Origin: an uncultured Anaerolineales bacterium
Lineage (GTDB): Bacteria; Chloroflexota; Anaerolineae; Anaerolineales; UBA11858
Reading direction: 5' to 3'
Assembly: GCA_964457375.1 (NCBI GenBank)
Contig: CAYWFK010000004.1
Coordinates: 8,499 to 72,498 of the forward strand
DNA length: 64,000 nt
Part shown: piece after piece, positions 9,557-18,927 of the stretch
How positions within the stretch are numbered: position 1 is the stretch's first letter
Layout of the letters: each line of letters starts with the position of its first letter
Notes under the pieces: generated by a model
What the model was told of the DNA's origin: nothing
Seen by the model: only the letters and a program-made list of their open reading frames with translations
Databases searched by the model: none
Made by a program: the position numbers and the translations under genes

Positions 9557-12500
9557 TTACCCGGCTATTCCTCGCAGCATGCTGTCCGCCAGCATTTCCG
9601 GATCCGGATTTTCCATGTAACCATCCGACAAGGTTACATCGAGTTTTTTATCCATCGCAAAGCGTTCCGCCTCGGCTTTCACTTCCCCCAGGCAAGCAGG
9701 GTTCCCTATGACAGCAGCCAGTAAACCCGCCGCCTTCTCCGTATCTCCGCTATCGTAAATCCTCTTTGCCCAAACGAATAAAATTTCCAGCATCAATGGC
9801 CGGGAACGAATCTCACTAGCGATCTTCCATGCCTTCTGCAAATGAGTCAACACATCACGCTCCCGATGAACCTTCATCGCCAGCTTGCCCAGCTCCAGAT
9901 ACGTATGCCCGCTTCCGGACTCGTTTCCAAGCTGCATTTTCAAAGCCAGGCTGTCAGCAAAGAAACGCTGCGCTGTGTCGATATTCCCCTTCCTTACAGC
10001 CGCCATTCCCAAATTATGCAATGCGGTCGCCTTGCTGGAAAGCAGCTCGATTTCCGTGCTCAAGGCGTAGCTGCGTCGGAAGTAATCCTCGGCTTTGTCT
10101 GTTTCCTCACGTGCCAGCGCCAGCAATCCCAGGTTATTGAGACAAAACACATTCCCTTTACGTTCCCCAATCTCTTGGCAAATCGCCAAAGACTTTTGAA
10201 AATAAACTTCTGCCTGCTGATACTTTCCCCATTCTTTTGCCAGCAAACCACAATTATTATAAACTCCGGCAACGCTACGCTGGTCATGCAAGATATCGAA
10301 AGCATGCAAAGCATCTTTCAAACAAGCAGCAGCCGAAGCATACTGCCCAAGCCGCCGGTAAATCACACCGAGGTTGTTTTGCAAACTTCCCTTTCGTGAA
10401 AGGTCACCGCTTTCCGTGAAATACGTCAGGCTTGCTTCCCAATATTCAAGCGCCTTATCGAACTTGCCTTGACGGCTGACGAGAATGCCCAGGTTGTTTT
10501 CACAAAGTGCTTTCCCCCTGAAATTGCCAAGCTGTTGGTTTATCCTGCGGCTGTTTTCATAACATTCATACGAAAGAGACCAATCTCCTGTGTTGTATCC
10601 GATTTGTCCGAGGTTAAGCAAACAAAACGCCTGAGTCTCTTTGTCATCCTTCTCTGTTGAGATATCCAGGCTCGACTGTAAATCAGCGCGTGCTTCCCGA
10701 TAAGAAGACAAGCGCATTTTGAACACACCCGCGTATGCCAGCAAACGGGCAAACAGCCGGGTTCTCTTTGCTGCCTCTTCCCGCTTGCCAAAAGTCTCAA
10801 CAGCTTTCGTGAAAGCGTCCAGTCCCTGCGCTTCCCACCCTTGCAGAGAATAAAACCGAAACAATCCCGGCGCCATCTGCCAAACAAGCTCATCTTCTCC
10901 GGCAGTCAACGCCCATTTCCAGGCGGCTGACAGGTTTCCGTTTTCACTTCGGAGCAATTTCAAAACAGCTGCCTGCTCTTCCCCGAACATCGCCGGTGCT
11001 TTCCCGGCCAAAAAACAGGCACACCAAACCGCATGGCTTCGTCTCACCTGAACAGCCGCATCCGGGAATTCATCCAGTTTCTTCCTTGCAAAACGGTGCA
11101 CCAAACCATGCATCTGAAACCGGTTTTCGCCTGCATCGAAACGCAGCAGCGATTTATCGACCAACCCAAAAACCAGTCCACTTATCCGCTCGGTCGCCTG
11201 CTTTCCACCCTCAGCGTCACCACGCTTCCATCTTGCCAGCACATCATCGGCTGCTTCGAAAGTAAATCCGCCCATGAAAACCGACAATGCCATGAACGCT
11301 TCCCGCTCTCTTCGCGTCAGTAAATCCCAGGAGCACGTGAACACTGCCTGCAAACTGCGATGCCGCTCCGGCACATTCCGAATATCGGACCGAAGAGTCC
11401 CCATCCGTTGTTCCATGAACCCAAAAATTCGGGAGCAGGAATGCACCCGCACCAAAGCGGCGGCAAGCTCCACCCCCAGAGGAAGCCCCTCCACAAGCGA
11501 ACAAATCCCGACAATCGCCTGCAAATCAGCACCCGACGGCTCAAAACAAGCCTGTACTTGCCGGGAACGTTCGAGAAACAGTTGAACAGCCTGATAACTA
11601 TCGACAGGTTTGGCATCATCTTCACGTTCAGGATATTGAAACCCCCGCACCTCGAACAACCATTCCGCAGCCAGCCTCACAGCTTGCCTTGATGTCACCA
11701 GCAAGACCACTGATTTCGCTTCCCGCAGAATTTCTTCCAGAAAATCCACACCGGCTGCGTCGCCGGCAAGGAATTGTTCGAAATTATCCAGCACCAGTAA
11801 CAATTCCTTTTTTCGCAAAAAATCGATTACCTTCCCGGGCAAATCGTCTTTCCCCCAAAAAGAAACCGAGAGGCTTTCCGCAATAGCCATCACCAAAGCC
11901 GGGAATTGTGAAACCGCATCCAGCGGAACAAAATAGACCCCGTCTCTGAACGCAAAGGTTTGCTCCATCGCAGCTTGCAATGCCAGCCGTGTTTTTCCAA
12001 CCCCACCCACCCCTGCCAAAGTCAGCATCCTGCATGCAGGGTTTTGCAATTTTCCTGCAATCTGTTTTAGCTCCTCTTCCCTGCCAACGAACGACGTGAA
12101 CTGCATCGGAAAACCGGCGGGAGGTGGAGACTGCGGCATTGCCGGCATCTCTCCAGTACGTATCTGCTCATACAACCGCCGGATCGATTCTGTCGGTTCG
12201 ATACCCAGCTCATCAGCCAGAATTTTCCTGCACACCTGATATTGTTTCAGGGCGGTGCTGCGTTCACCGCAATGAACAAGCAGCAGCATCAGTTGCTCAT
12301 AAGCTGTTTCCCGCCACGGGTCGATTTCCACTTGGCGATAGGCAAAGTCAAGTGCCCGTTCATACTTCATTTGCCGAATGTAATACTGCACCAATGCAGA
12401 AAATACATACTGTGCTTGCTGGTCATATCTTTCCCGCCGTAAAGCAATCCAATTCTGCATCTGATGACTTCCATTCAGAAACATGCCTTCCAGAAAATGC

Positions 12501-13000
12501 CCGCGAAACAAGCCGGCTGCCATTTCCAGATGCTCACAGCATGTTTTGCATGCTTCGATTTTCCTGTGCGAGTGATTTTTTGCAGTCACCACCAAAGAAG
12601 AAAACGTCTCGACATCCAGGTTGTACGCACTCTCCGGATTGAATTGAATATCCTGCCGGGAAATTCGCAACCGGGGCGGACTCGCCGCAGCATCCCTGAT
12701 TACGCTGCGCAAATTTGCCAAAGCGTCCCGCAGATTTTTCAGCGCAACCTTTTCAGACCGTCCGGGCCAAAGCATTTCTGCTAAAACTTCACGGCTATGG
12801 GGACGTCCGGATTCGACCATCAGATAAGCCAGCAAGATACGTACTTTCTGCGAATCAAAATGCGTCAGGTTCACATCATCCAAACCCGCCTGAAATACCC
12901 CCAAGAGAGACACTCCCAATTGCGCCATTAATATGATTATAGCAGAGGAGATTATCTCCCCCGGCGTTTTCCCGACGCTTGATTTGTAGAATGGATCCAT
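9557..13000 (-). CDS. SARP/BTAD - NB-ARC (STAND) ATPase - TPR transcriptional regulator (AfsR-like)
   Basis: N-terminal winged-helix plus BTAD region (ERALDFAYRQVEIDPWRETAYEQLMLLLVHCGERSTALKQYQVCRKILADELGIEPT). Walker A is AGVGGVGKT and Walker B is LLLVLDNFEQ, followed by about 450 aa of TPR repeats (NNLG...A..Y...SL). The true start may be the internal ATG at 12928 (MAQLGVSLLGVF). Confidence 0.9.
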   Translation of the reverse strand: MDPFYKSSVGKTPGEIISSAIIILMAQLGVSLLGVFQAGLDDVNLTHFDSQKVRILLAYLMVESGRPHSREVLAEMLWPGRSEKVALKNLRDALANLRSVIRDAAASPPRLRISRQDIQFNPESAYNLDVETFSSLVVTAKNHSHRKIEACKTCCEHLEMAAGLFRGHFLEGMFLNGSHQMQNWIALRRERYDQQAQYVFSALVQYYIRQMKYERALDFAYRQVEIDPWRETAYEQLMLLLVHCGERSTALKQYQVCRKILADELGIEPTESIRRLYEQIRTGEMPAMPQSPPPAGFPMQFTSFVGREEELKQIAGKLQNPACRMLTLAGVGGVGKTRLALQAAMEQTFAFRDGVYFVPLDAVSQFPALVMAIAESLSVSFWGKDDLPGKVIDFLRKKELLLVLDNFEQFLAGDAAGVDFLEEILREAKSVVLLVTSRQAVRLAAEWLFEVRGFQYPEREDDAKPVDSYQAVQLFLERSRQVQACFEPSGADLQAIVGICSLVEGLPLGVELAAALVRVHSCSRIFGFMEQRMGTLRSDIRNVPERHRSLQAVFTCSWDLLTRREREAFMALSVFMGGFTFEAADDVLARWKRGDAEGGKQATERISGLVFGLVDKSLLRFDAGENRFQMHGLVHRFARKKLDEFPDAAVQVRRSHAVWCACFLAGKAPAMFGEEQAAVLKLLRSENGNLSAAWKWALTAGEDELVWQMAPGLFRFYSLQGWEAQGLDAFTKAVETFGKREEAAKRTRLFARLLAYAGVFKMRLSSYREARADLQSSLDISTEKDDKETQAFCLLNLGQIGYNTGDWSLSYECYENSRRINQQLGNFRGKALCENNLGILVSRQGKFDKALEYWEASLTYFTESGDLSRKGSLQNNLGVIYRRLGQYASAAACLKDALHAFDILHDQRSVAGVYNNCGLLAKEWGKYQQAEVYFQKSLAICQEIGERKGNVFCLNNLGLLALAREETDKAEDYFRRSYALSTEIELLSSKATALHNLGMAAVRKGNIDTAQRFFADSLALKMQLGNESGSGHTYLELGKLAMKVHRERDVLTHLQKAWKIASEIRSRPLMLEILFVWAKRIYDSGDTEKAAGLLAAVIGNPACLGEVKAEAERFAMDKKLDVTLSDGYMENPDPEMLADSMLRGIAG

Positions 13001-13226
13001 GACACCTTCGGAACCCGATTATTTCGCCTATCTCCTTCGTTTATGGACAGTTACAGAAAACGGGAAACTTATATGGTTGGCTTCTCTGGAAGACCCGCTT
13101 ACTTCCGAACGTAAAGGCTTCTCTTCGATTGAAAATTTGTATGCCTTTCTCGAAAAACAAATCTCGCTTTCTGAAGAGGAAAAAGCGCGCAATCAAGTTC
13201 ATGATTCCCGCGATGCCGGGGAATAA
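12999..13226 (+). CDS. small conserved-looking hypothetical protein (YLLRLW...ASLEDP...FSS.E.L..FL)
   Basis: 75-aa ORF that is the first gene of the operon divergent from the SARP regulator, 23 nt upstream of the next CDS. From memory the motif pattern resembles small ORFs seen beside STAND/LuxR regulators. There is no clear SD. Confidence 0.4.
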   Translation: MTPSEPDYFAYLLRLWTVTENGKLIWLASLEDPLTSERKGFSSIENLYAFLEKQISLSEEEKARNQVHDSRDAGE

Positions 13227-13249
13227 CACAACCATCAAGGAATAAAACC

Positions 13250-15046
13250 ATGATCAACAAACGCAGCTTTCTTGTATTACTGGCAATGTGCCTGCTTTCC
13301 TTTACCGGACAAAGTGCCGCTCAGCCATCAGTCACTTCTCAATCCGGCGGCGATGGCACCACCGAGGACACCTCACCGGCAGCCACAACGCTGCTTGTCT
13401 CGCTGGAAACCAACCCGCTTGTCGTCGACACCGGTATCAACGAAAACATCACCCTCATTGCACACACAGACGGGTCGATTGACAGTGCATCCGTTTCACT
13501 TGCCAACGGCACGACAGTGCCCATGACGAAACTCGGCATCGGGCTTTTCAGTGTCGTACTCACCCATCAACAGGTTTTGTACCATTACAACCAAACACTT
13601 TACCCGAATGTCAACCGTTATGGATTCATCAATCTTTTCATCGGAAGTTTCCGCGTTCTTCGCGGCAGGCTGGATATTGGCGTCGATGACGGCAAATTCC
13701 CGTCCGCAGCCATCTCATCGCTCGCATCAGACGCTCAGGCCACACCGCACCTGGTCAACATCGTCCGCAGTTTTGTCGATCCGTCCAAAATCGACCAGCA
13801 GGCAGTCACCAAACGTTTCTATCAGCTTTATGGGGACGATTATGATTTCATCAATATCATTTCCGTCCCCGAACACTTTTCGAACCGCTATCATTATCAA
13901 GTCAAAAATACCGTTTCCGGCATCGGTTTGAGCAAATTCGATAATACCGCAGACTATGGCAGCGCCGGAAAACTTAAGGGCATCACCCGTTTCCCAATTC
14001 CGGTTCTGTATTTCGACGGTGCATCCCGCGCACACTCCCACGAAACCGCACATCAATGGCTCCAGTTTCTTAATAATGTCACCAAACTTCAGGGAATAAC
14101 CCCGCACTGGCCTATATCCGAATTAGCCCGTTCGGTCATGGGGTACAGTTCAACGGGAGGTCAAGGGCTTGACTTCCCCTGGAATCTAACCCCCAAGGGG
14201 AACGGCGATTACACAGCCCATTACACCCCGCTTGCCGACGATTACTTCCAAAACATGGATCTCTATCTCATGGGTTTTGCCGCTCCGTCCGAGGTTGGCA
14301 ACTATGTTGTCTTTACCAATCAAAACCAAACTCTCTGCGATGGCTGCACCATTACCAAACCGACTGTGTCGGTCGGGGTTCAGGATGTTACCGCCCAATA
14401 CGGCGCCCGTACCCCCGGTTATCCGAACACACAGCATCATTTCAGAATCGCCACCATCATCGTATCGAAGCAGCTTCTCTCAGCCAGGAACATGAAATAT
14501 TTCGATTATTTCTCCCGGCGGGGCGAAGCCATGATTCCCATTCAGGGAAACATCCCCTGGTTCAATGCCACAAAACAGCGCAGCACGCTATCCATGGGGC
14601 TAGGCAATGATTGCAACACAAACACCACAGCCGACCTTTGGATATACAGCCACACCACATCCCCCGTTGTTCCTCAAGTCAACACTCAATTTACTATCTA
14701 CGCATCTGTAAACAACGCATCTGCCAATACTTCCCATCAACTTACCATCTTCAACACGTTGTCAAATGGGCTTACCTTCATTTCGGCAAAACTAAACGGC
14801 AGTACGTCCCGTTGTTATGGTGACAAAACCATCATTTGCACCTTCGATACCCTTCATGCAAGCGAGAACTTGACTCTGGCGATAACCGTTCGCGCAGCAA
14901 CCAAGGGCTATTATTTTCATCGCATCGGTGTTTCCGGCTGTAACCCCGACCAGACACCCACCGACAACGCTGCAACCCTCACAATTCCGGTCGGCATTCA
15001 ATTCAACAACAAAATTTATATTCCATTCGTTATCAAAAGCCAATAA
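13250..15046 (+). CDS. secreted HExxH (gluzincin-like) putative metallopeptidase with C-terminal DUF11-type domain and YIPFVIK tail
   Basis: Signal peptide MINKRSFLVLLAMCLLSFTGQSAAQ. HETAHQW resembles the M1 HExxHQW motif and a Glu lies 23 aa downstream. DLYLMGF is also present. The C-terminal roughly 110 aa look like a DUF11 repeat, and the protein ends NNKIYIPFVIKSQ. Confidence 0.75.
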   Translation: MINKRSFLVLLAMCLLSFTGQSAAQPSVTSQSGGDGTTEDTSPAATTLLVSLETNPLVVDTGINENITLIAHTDGSIDSASVSLANGTTVPMTKLGIGLFSVVLTHQQVLYHYNQTLYPNVNRYGFINLFIGSFRVLRGRLDIGVDDGKFPSAAISSLASDAQATPHLVNIVRSFVDPSKIDQQAVTKRFYQLYGDDYDFINIISVPEHFSNRYHYQVKNTVSGIGLSKFDNTADYGSAGKLKGITRFPIPVLYFDGASRAHSHETAHQWLQFLNNVTKLQGITPHWPISELARSVMGYSSTGGQGLDFPWNLTPKGNGDYTAHYTPLADDYFQNMDLYLMGFAAPSEVGNYVVFTNQNQTLCDGCTITKPTVSVGVQDVTAQYGARTPGYPNTQHHFRIATIIVSKQLLSARNMKYFDYFSRRGEAMIPIQGNIPWFNATKQRSTLSMGLGNDCNTNTTADLWIYSHTTSPVVPQVNTQFTIYASVNNASANTSHQLTIFNTLSNGLTFISAKLNGSTSRCYGDKTIICTFDTLHASENLTLAITVRAATKGYYFHRIGVSGCNPDQTPTDNAATLTIPVGIQFNNKIYIPFVIKSQ

Positions 15047-15076
15047 ACCCTGTTCCCCAAAACAAAGGAAAAAGTC

Positions 15077-16594
15077 ATGTTCCTGAAAACAGATGTCATC
15101 AAACGCCCACTTGAAAAAGGAATGCAAATCGTCAAAACGTGTTTACCATTCATGCTCATGGTAGTCATGGCAATCCCGATAAGCTTCTTCAACCGGGAAT
15201 CAGTCAGCGCCGCGCCGCAATCTACCTTCATCGTAGTCGCCGACGCTGATGATTCAAACGCCCATGATAAAAACCCAGGAGACGGTATTTGTGCCGACCA
15301 ATTGGATACCTGCACCTTGCGGGCTGCAATTGAAGAAGCAAACGCCCATCATGGCGCAGATACGATTACATTCTCTCAACAGATGTCCATTATGATCGAT
15401 AGTACAGAAGGCCCCCTGCCTGCCCTGGTCAAAACGGTGAAAATCGACGCCAGCAGCATGTGGAATACAACCCTCGACCAGCCGGGAGTAACAATCAATG
15501 GGAACGGCGCTCATTTCAACGGACTTCGAATTTCCGCCCTCTACTGTGAAGTTTACGGACTGACGATTAGAAATTTCTATTGGAGTGCTATTATCATCAA
15601 TACAAGCAACAACACCATTGGGGGCACAACGAAAACACAGAGAAACGTCATTTCCGCCAATGCAAATAACGGGATTGCCATCCTTGGCAATCAGGCGAAT
15701 TCGAACACAATTCAGGGGAACTTCATTGGCATCAATCCAAAGGGAAACGCAAAATTACCGAATAAACACAACGGCATTCTCATAAAAGACGGTGCATCTT
15801 ACAACAAGATTGTTTCCAATGTCATTTCCGGTAATCTTCTGGATGGTATTCTCATCCAGTCTTCCAATACGCAACTCAGCTACGGAAACAAAATCGGCAA
15901 CAATGTCATCGGTCTTTCTGATGACCTCGGCACAATAATTCCCAACAAAGGAAACGGCATCAGCATCATGTCATCACCGAATACAAAAATCGGCGGTCCC
16001 GGCCTTTCCGGAAATATGATTACCGGGAACAGTATCAACGGCATCTATCTTTTTGCATCAAACGATACCCTGATTCAAGATAACATCATCGCCGGAAACA
16101 ACCAGGATGGCATCTATATCCACAATAGCCAAAAAACGAATGTCCTTTCCAATATCATCGACAATCAGGAACAAAACGGGATACTCATCAATGGCAGCAC
16201 CGGGAGCACTGCCAACAAAAACAATCTCACCCGGAACAGTATTTATTCCAACAAAAAGAAAGGGATTTCCCTGATAGGGAACAGCAACAACAATATTCAA
16301 CCCCCAATCATCGGTTCCGCAAACAGCCACGGTGCAGCAGGAACCGTTCCCAATGGCGTCCGCATTGTCGCAGTTTTTTCAGATAGTGAGAATGAAGGGA
16401 AAATTTACCACGGGCAATGTATCGTCAATACAATCACCCACCAATGGTTTTATACCGGTGCGATTACCGGCCCGCATGTAACTGCACTCGCATATGACCT
16501 CGATGGCAATACATCCGAGTTCTCAACGCCTTACACAATCAGCAATCCGGGTAGTTACCAGATTTATCTGCCATTCGTCTTGCGCAACCCCTAA
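15077..16594 (+). CDS. secreted parallel beta-helix repeat protein with CSLREA-like N-terminal module and YLPFVLR tail
   Basis: Signal/anchor sequence, then GDGICADQLDTCTLRAAIEEANAHHGADTITF, a CSLREA-domain variant. More than 12 PbH1-like repeats follow (N.I.GN...GI.I). DLDGNTSEFS is present and the protein ends SYQIYLPFVLRNP. Confidence 0.8.
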   Translation: MFLKTDVIKRPLEKGMQIVKTCLPFMLMVVMAIPISFFNRESVSAAPQSTFIVVADADDSNAHDKNPGDGICADQLDTCTLRAAIEEANAHHGADTITFSQQMSIMIDSTEGPLPALVKTVKIDASSMWNTTLDQPGVTINGNGAHFNGLRISALYCEVYGLTIRNFYWSAIIINTSNNTIGGTTKTQRNVISANANNGIAILGNQANSNTIQGNFIGINPKGNAKLPNKHNGILIKDGASYNKIVSNVISGNLLDGILIQSSNTQLSYGNKIGNNVIGLSDDLGTIIPNKGNGISIMSSPNTKIGGPGLSGNMITGNSINGIYLFASNDTLIQDNIIAGNNQDGIYIHNSQKTNVLSNIIDNQEQNGILINGSTGSTANKNNLTRNSIYSNKKKGISLIGNSNNNIQPPIIGSANSHGAAGTVPNGVRIVAVFSDSENEGKIYHGQCIVNTITHQWFYTGAITGPHVTALAYDLDGNTSEFSTPYTISNPGSYQIYLPFVLRNP

Positions 16595-16778
16595 TCGGGG
16601 GCAAATGGCAAAACAAACACAATCATCCCGAACACCAGCCGGCCTGCTGATAATCCAATCCAAATTACGGCATCGAATTAGTCCGCGATGAAATTACCGG
16701 CAGGCTGGCTGCAAAAGAATACAAAACACGCCTAAACGCTGCCATGTCCGTCAATCACCGTTATTCGCGAAGCAAAAA

Positions 16779-17174
16779 TCAGTCGCTTTTGGGAATCTCG
16801 GTCACAGAAACGCCGGAACGATTTTGCTTCAGCAGCTCTGCTGTCTGACGGGTATTCTCTTCGATTGCAAGGAACAAATAAATTCCATCGCCCAAGGCAT
16901 AGAATATCAGCGATAACAAAATCCCATTAACGATGCTAACCAAGCCCAGCAAAGAAGCGCTAATCATGCCGCCCAAAGGACCCAATACCTGCATCCCATC
17001 CGGCTGCATGCTAAACCTCATCATTGCATGGTCCAGATTGTTTAATGACAAAGCCCCAAAAACAACAGAAACCATTAATCCGAGAACCAGCAGAATCGTG
17101 ATGAGTAAAATGAATATCCCCACCAATTTAAAGAAAGTACCAATGATTCGGAGCACCTTATACCGTTTTTCCAT
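16779..17174 (-). CDS. hypothetical membrane protein
   Basis: Start moved to ATG 17174, which sits behind GAGGAGG. 131 aa with 3-4 TM helices. Confidence 0.55.
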   Translation of the reverse strand: MEKRYKVLRIIGTFFKLVGIFILLITILLVLGLMVSVVFGALSLNNLDHAMMRFSMQPDGMQVLGPLGGMISASLLGLVSIVNGILLSLIFYALGDGIYLFLAIEENTRQTAELLKQNRSGVSVTEIPKSD

Positions 17175-17364
17175 CGCCAACCTCCTCGTTCCTGAGAATC
17201 TGTTTTCTATACGGGCAGTCACATACCTTCGGAGAGTCGCATTTCCCAAGCATCAAGATACCGGCACAGAACTGATTACATGCCACACTGCATATCACAG
17301 TGGCATGAACAAATCCGGTAATGTTTTGGTTTGGCGGTAAACCGCATCGGCACAAAAAAGGAAA

Positions 17365-17874
17365 CTATTTCTTCCCTTTTTTCTTATTGTTCTTGCTTTT
17401 CTTGTCTTTCTTGCCTTTTTTACCGCTTTTTTTCTTTTTACTCATATCCGTCTCGTTTGTTAATCCCGCATCCGGCAGGTCTTCCGCAGCATCGGGAATC
17501 AACGCCACAACTTCGATTTCGATCATCGCCCCCAAAGGCAGGGAAGCCACAGCGACTGTCGAGCGGGCTGGTTTCTTTTCACCCACATAACCGGCATAAA
17601 TCCGGTTGATTTCGCCAAAGTCTTTCATATAGCGCAGGAAAATCGTCGTCTTGATCACATGCTCGAACCCTGAACCGGCCGCATGAAGGACAGCGCTCAG
17701 GTTTTCAAGCACCTGCACCGCCTGAGCTTTCACACCGCCGCTCACCATTTTTCCCGTTTTCGGGTCGATGCCAATTTGCCCGGCAGTGTAGAGCAAATTT
17801 CCGATCTTTACTGCCTGGGAATAAGGTCCGACAGCCGCAGGAGCATTTTCGGTAGCAATCAATTCTTTATCCAT
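17365..17874 (-). CDS. ridA: RidA family (YjgF/UK114) reactive-intermediate deaminase with Lys-rich C-terminal tail
   Basis: ENAPAAVGPYSQAV..G.LLYTAGQIG.DP..G and ARSTVAVASLPLGAMIEIE are canonical RidA motifs. Start at ATG 17874 behind GGAG. An extra 40-aa tail ends KKKKSGKKGKKDKKSKNNKKKGKK. Confidence 0.9.
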   Translation of the reverse strand: MDKELIATENAPAAVGPYSQAVKIGNLLYTAGQIGIDPKTGKMVSGGVKAQAVQVLENLSAVLHAAGSGFEHVIKTTIFLRYMKDFGEINRIYAGYVGEKKPARSTVAVASLPLGAMIEIEVVALIPDAAEDLPDAGLTNETDMSKKKKSGKKGKKDKKSKNNKKKGKK

Positions 17875-17992
17875 AACTTCACTCCATAAGAACCACAAAA
17901 TACGATTAAGTACTTATACTGTACCCCAAATCCGAACAGATTACAAGGGGAAAAGCAAAAACAATCGGTTTTCGTTCCCCCTTCGGCAAACA

Positions 17993-18907
17993 TCAGGCTG
18001 CCTTTTCTTCACCCTGAAAATTCACCCCGGCAATCCGTTGTTCTGCAAGCCGGCAATATGCTTCGCTGACTTCGAAACCCACATAGTGCCGTCCGGTTTT
18101 CAACGCGGCGAGTGCCGTAGTACCGCTCCCGATAAAAGGATCGAGGATAATATCTCCGGCAAATGTATACAGCGAAATCAAACGACGGGGCAGCTCCATC
18201 GGGAAAGGCGCCGGATGGCCAATTCGGGAAGCCGAAGCTGTCGGGAAACGCCAGATACTCTTGGTGTATTCAAGAAATTCATCCCGTAAAATCGTCGGTT
18301 TGCGTCCCATTCTCTCCCGCTTGAAACGGCTCTTGGAAAAAACCAGAATATACTCGTGTACATCCCGCAAAGTCGGGTTGGAAGCAGACATCCAGCTTCC
18401 CCACGCTGTCGAGTTTCCCGCACTGGCGCCTTTATCCCAGATAATTTCCCCGCGCATTAAAAACCCGATTTCCGTCATTAGCCGGGCAAGATACGCGTTG
18501 AGGGGAATATACGGTTTCCGCCCAAGGTTGGCAATATTGACACACGCCCTCCCCCCGGGCACCAACACCCGAAACGTCTCTGCAAACACCCTGTTCAGCA
18601 GTGCAAGATATTCTTCCAAATCAAGATCGTCATCATATTCCTTGCGGACATTATACGGAGGAGAAGTAACCATCAGGTGCACACTATTATCCGGGAGGCA
18701 GTCCATGAATTCACTGCTTGAATTCCGGATTGTATCGAGAATCGAACGGGGTATCGGATTTTCAATTACAGGGGTTTCTTTTCCGCTGGCTTCGCCATCC
18801 TGTTTTTTCCCCCGATACATTTTGCCGGCATAAAAACGACGGGAATCATGGCTCTCTCTCCCGCCGCTTCCGAAGGATGATGTCTTCGTTTTTCGTCTTT
18901 TCGACAT
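17993..18907 (-). CDS. DNA methyltransferase, N4/N6 beta-class (SPPY motif, likely m4C)
   Basis: Motif IV is MVTSPPYN and precedes motif I, DPFIGSGTTALAA, which is the beta-class order. SPPY is typical of N4-cytosine enzymes. A basic N-terminal extension of about 50 aa is present. Confidence 0.85.
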   Translation of the reverse strand: MSKRRKTKTSSFGSGGRESHDSRRFYAGKMYRGKKQDGEASGKETPVIENPIPRSILDTIRNSSSEFMDCLPDNSVHLMVTSPPYNVRKEYDDDLDLEEYLALLNRVFAETFRVLVPGGRACVNIANLGRKPYIPLNAYLARLMTEIGFLMRGEIIWDKGASAGNSTAWGSWMSASNPTLRDVHEYILVFSKSRFKRERMGRKPTILRDEFLEYTKSIWRFPTASASRIGHPAPFPMELPRRLISLYTFAGDIILDPFIGSGTTALAALKTGRHYVGFEVSEAYCRLAEQRIAGVNFQGEEKAA

Positions 18908-18927
18908 AAAATCGTTTGATTACAATA

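Noticed and set aside
9557-13000. NB-ARC/TPR STAND protein as an Avs-type antiviral sensor
   Set aside because: The N-terminal effector position is occupied by a SARP winged-helix/BTAD DNA-binding module. The protein is therefore a transcription activator rather than a nuclease or protease effector.
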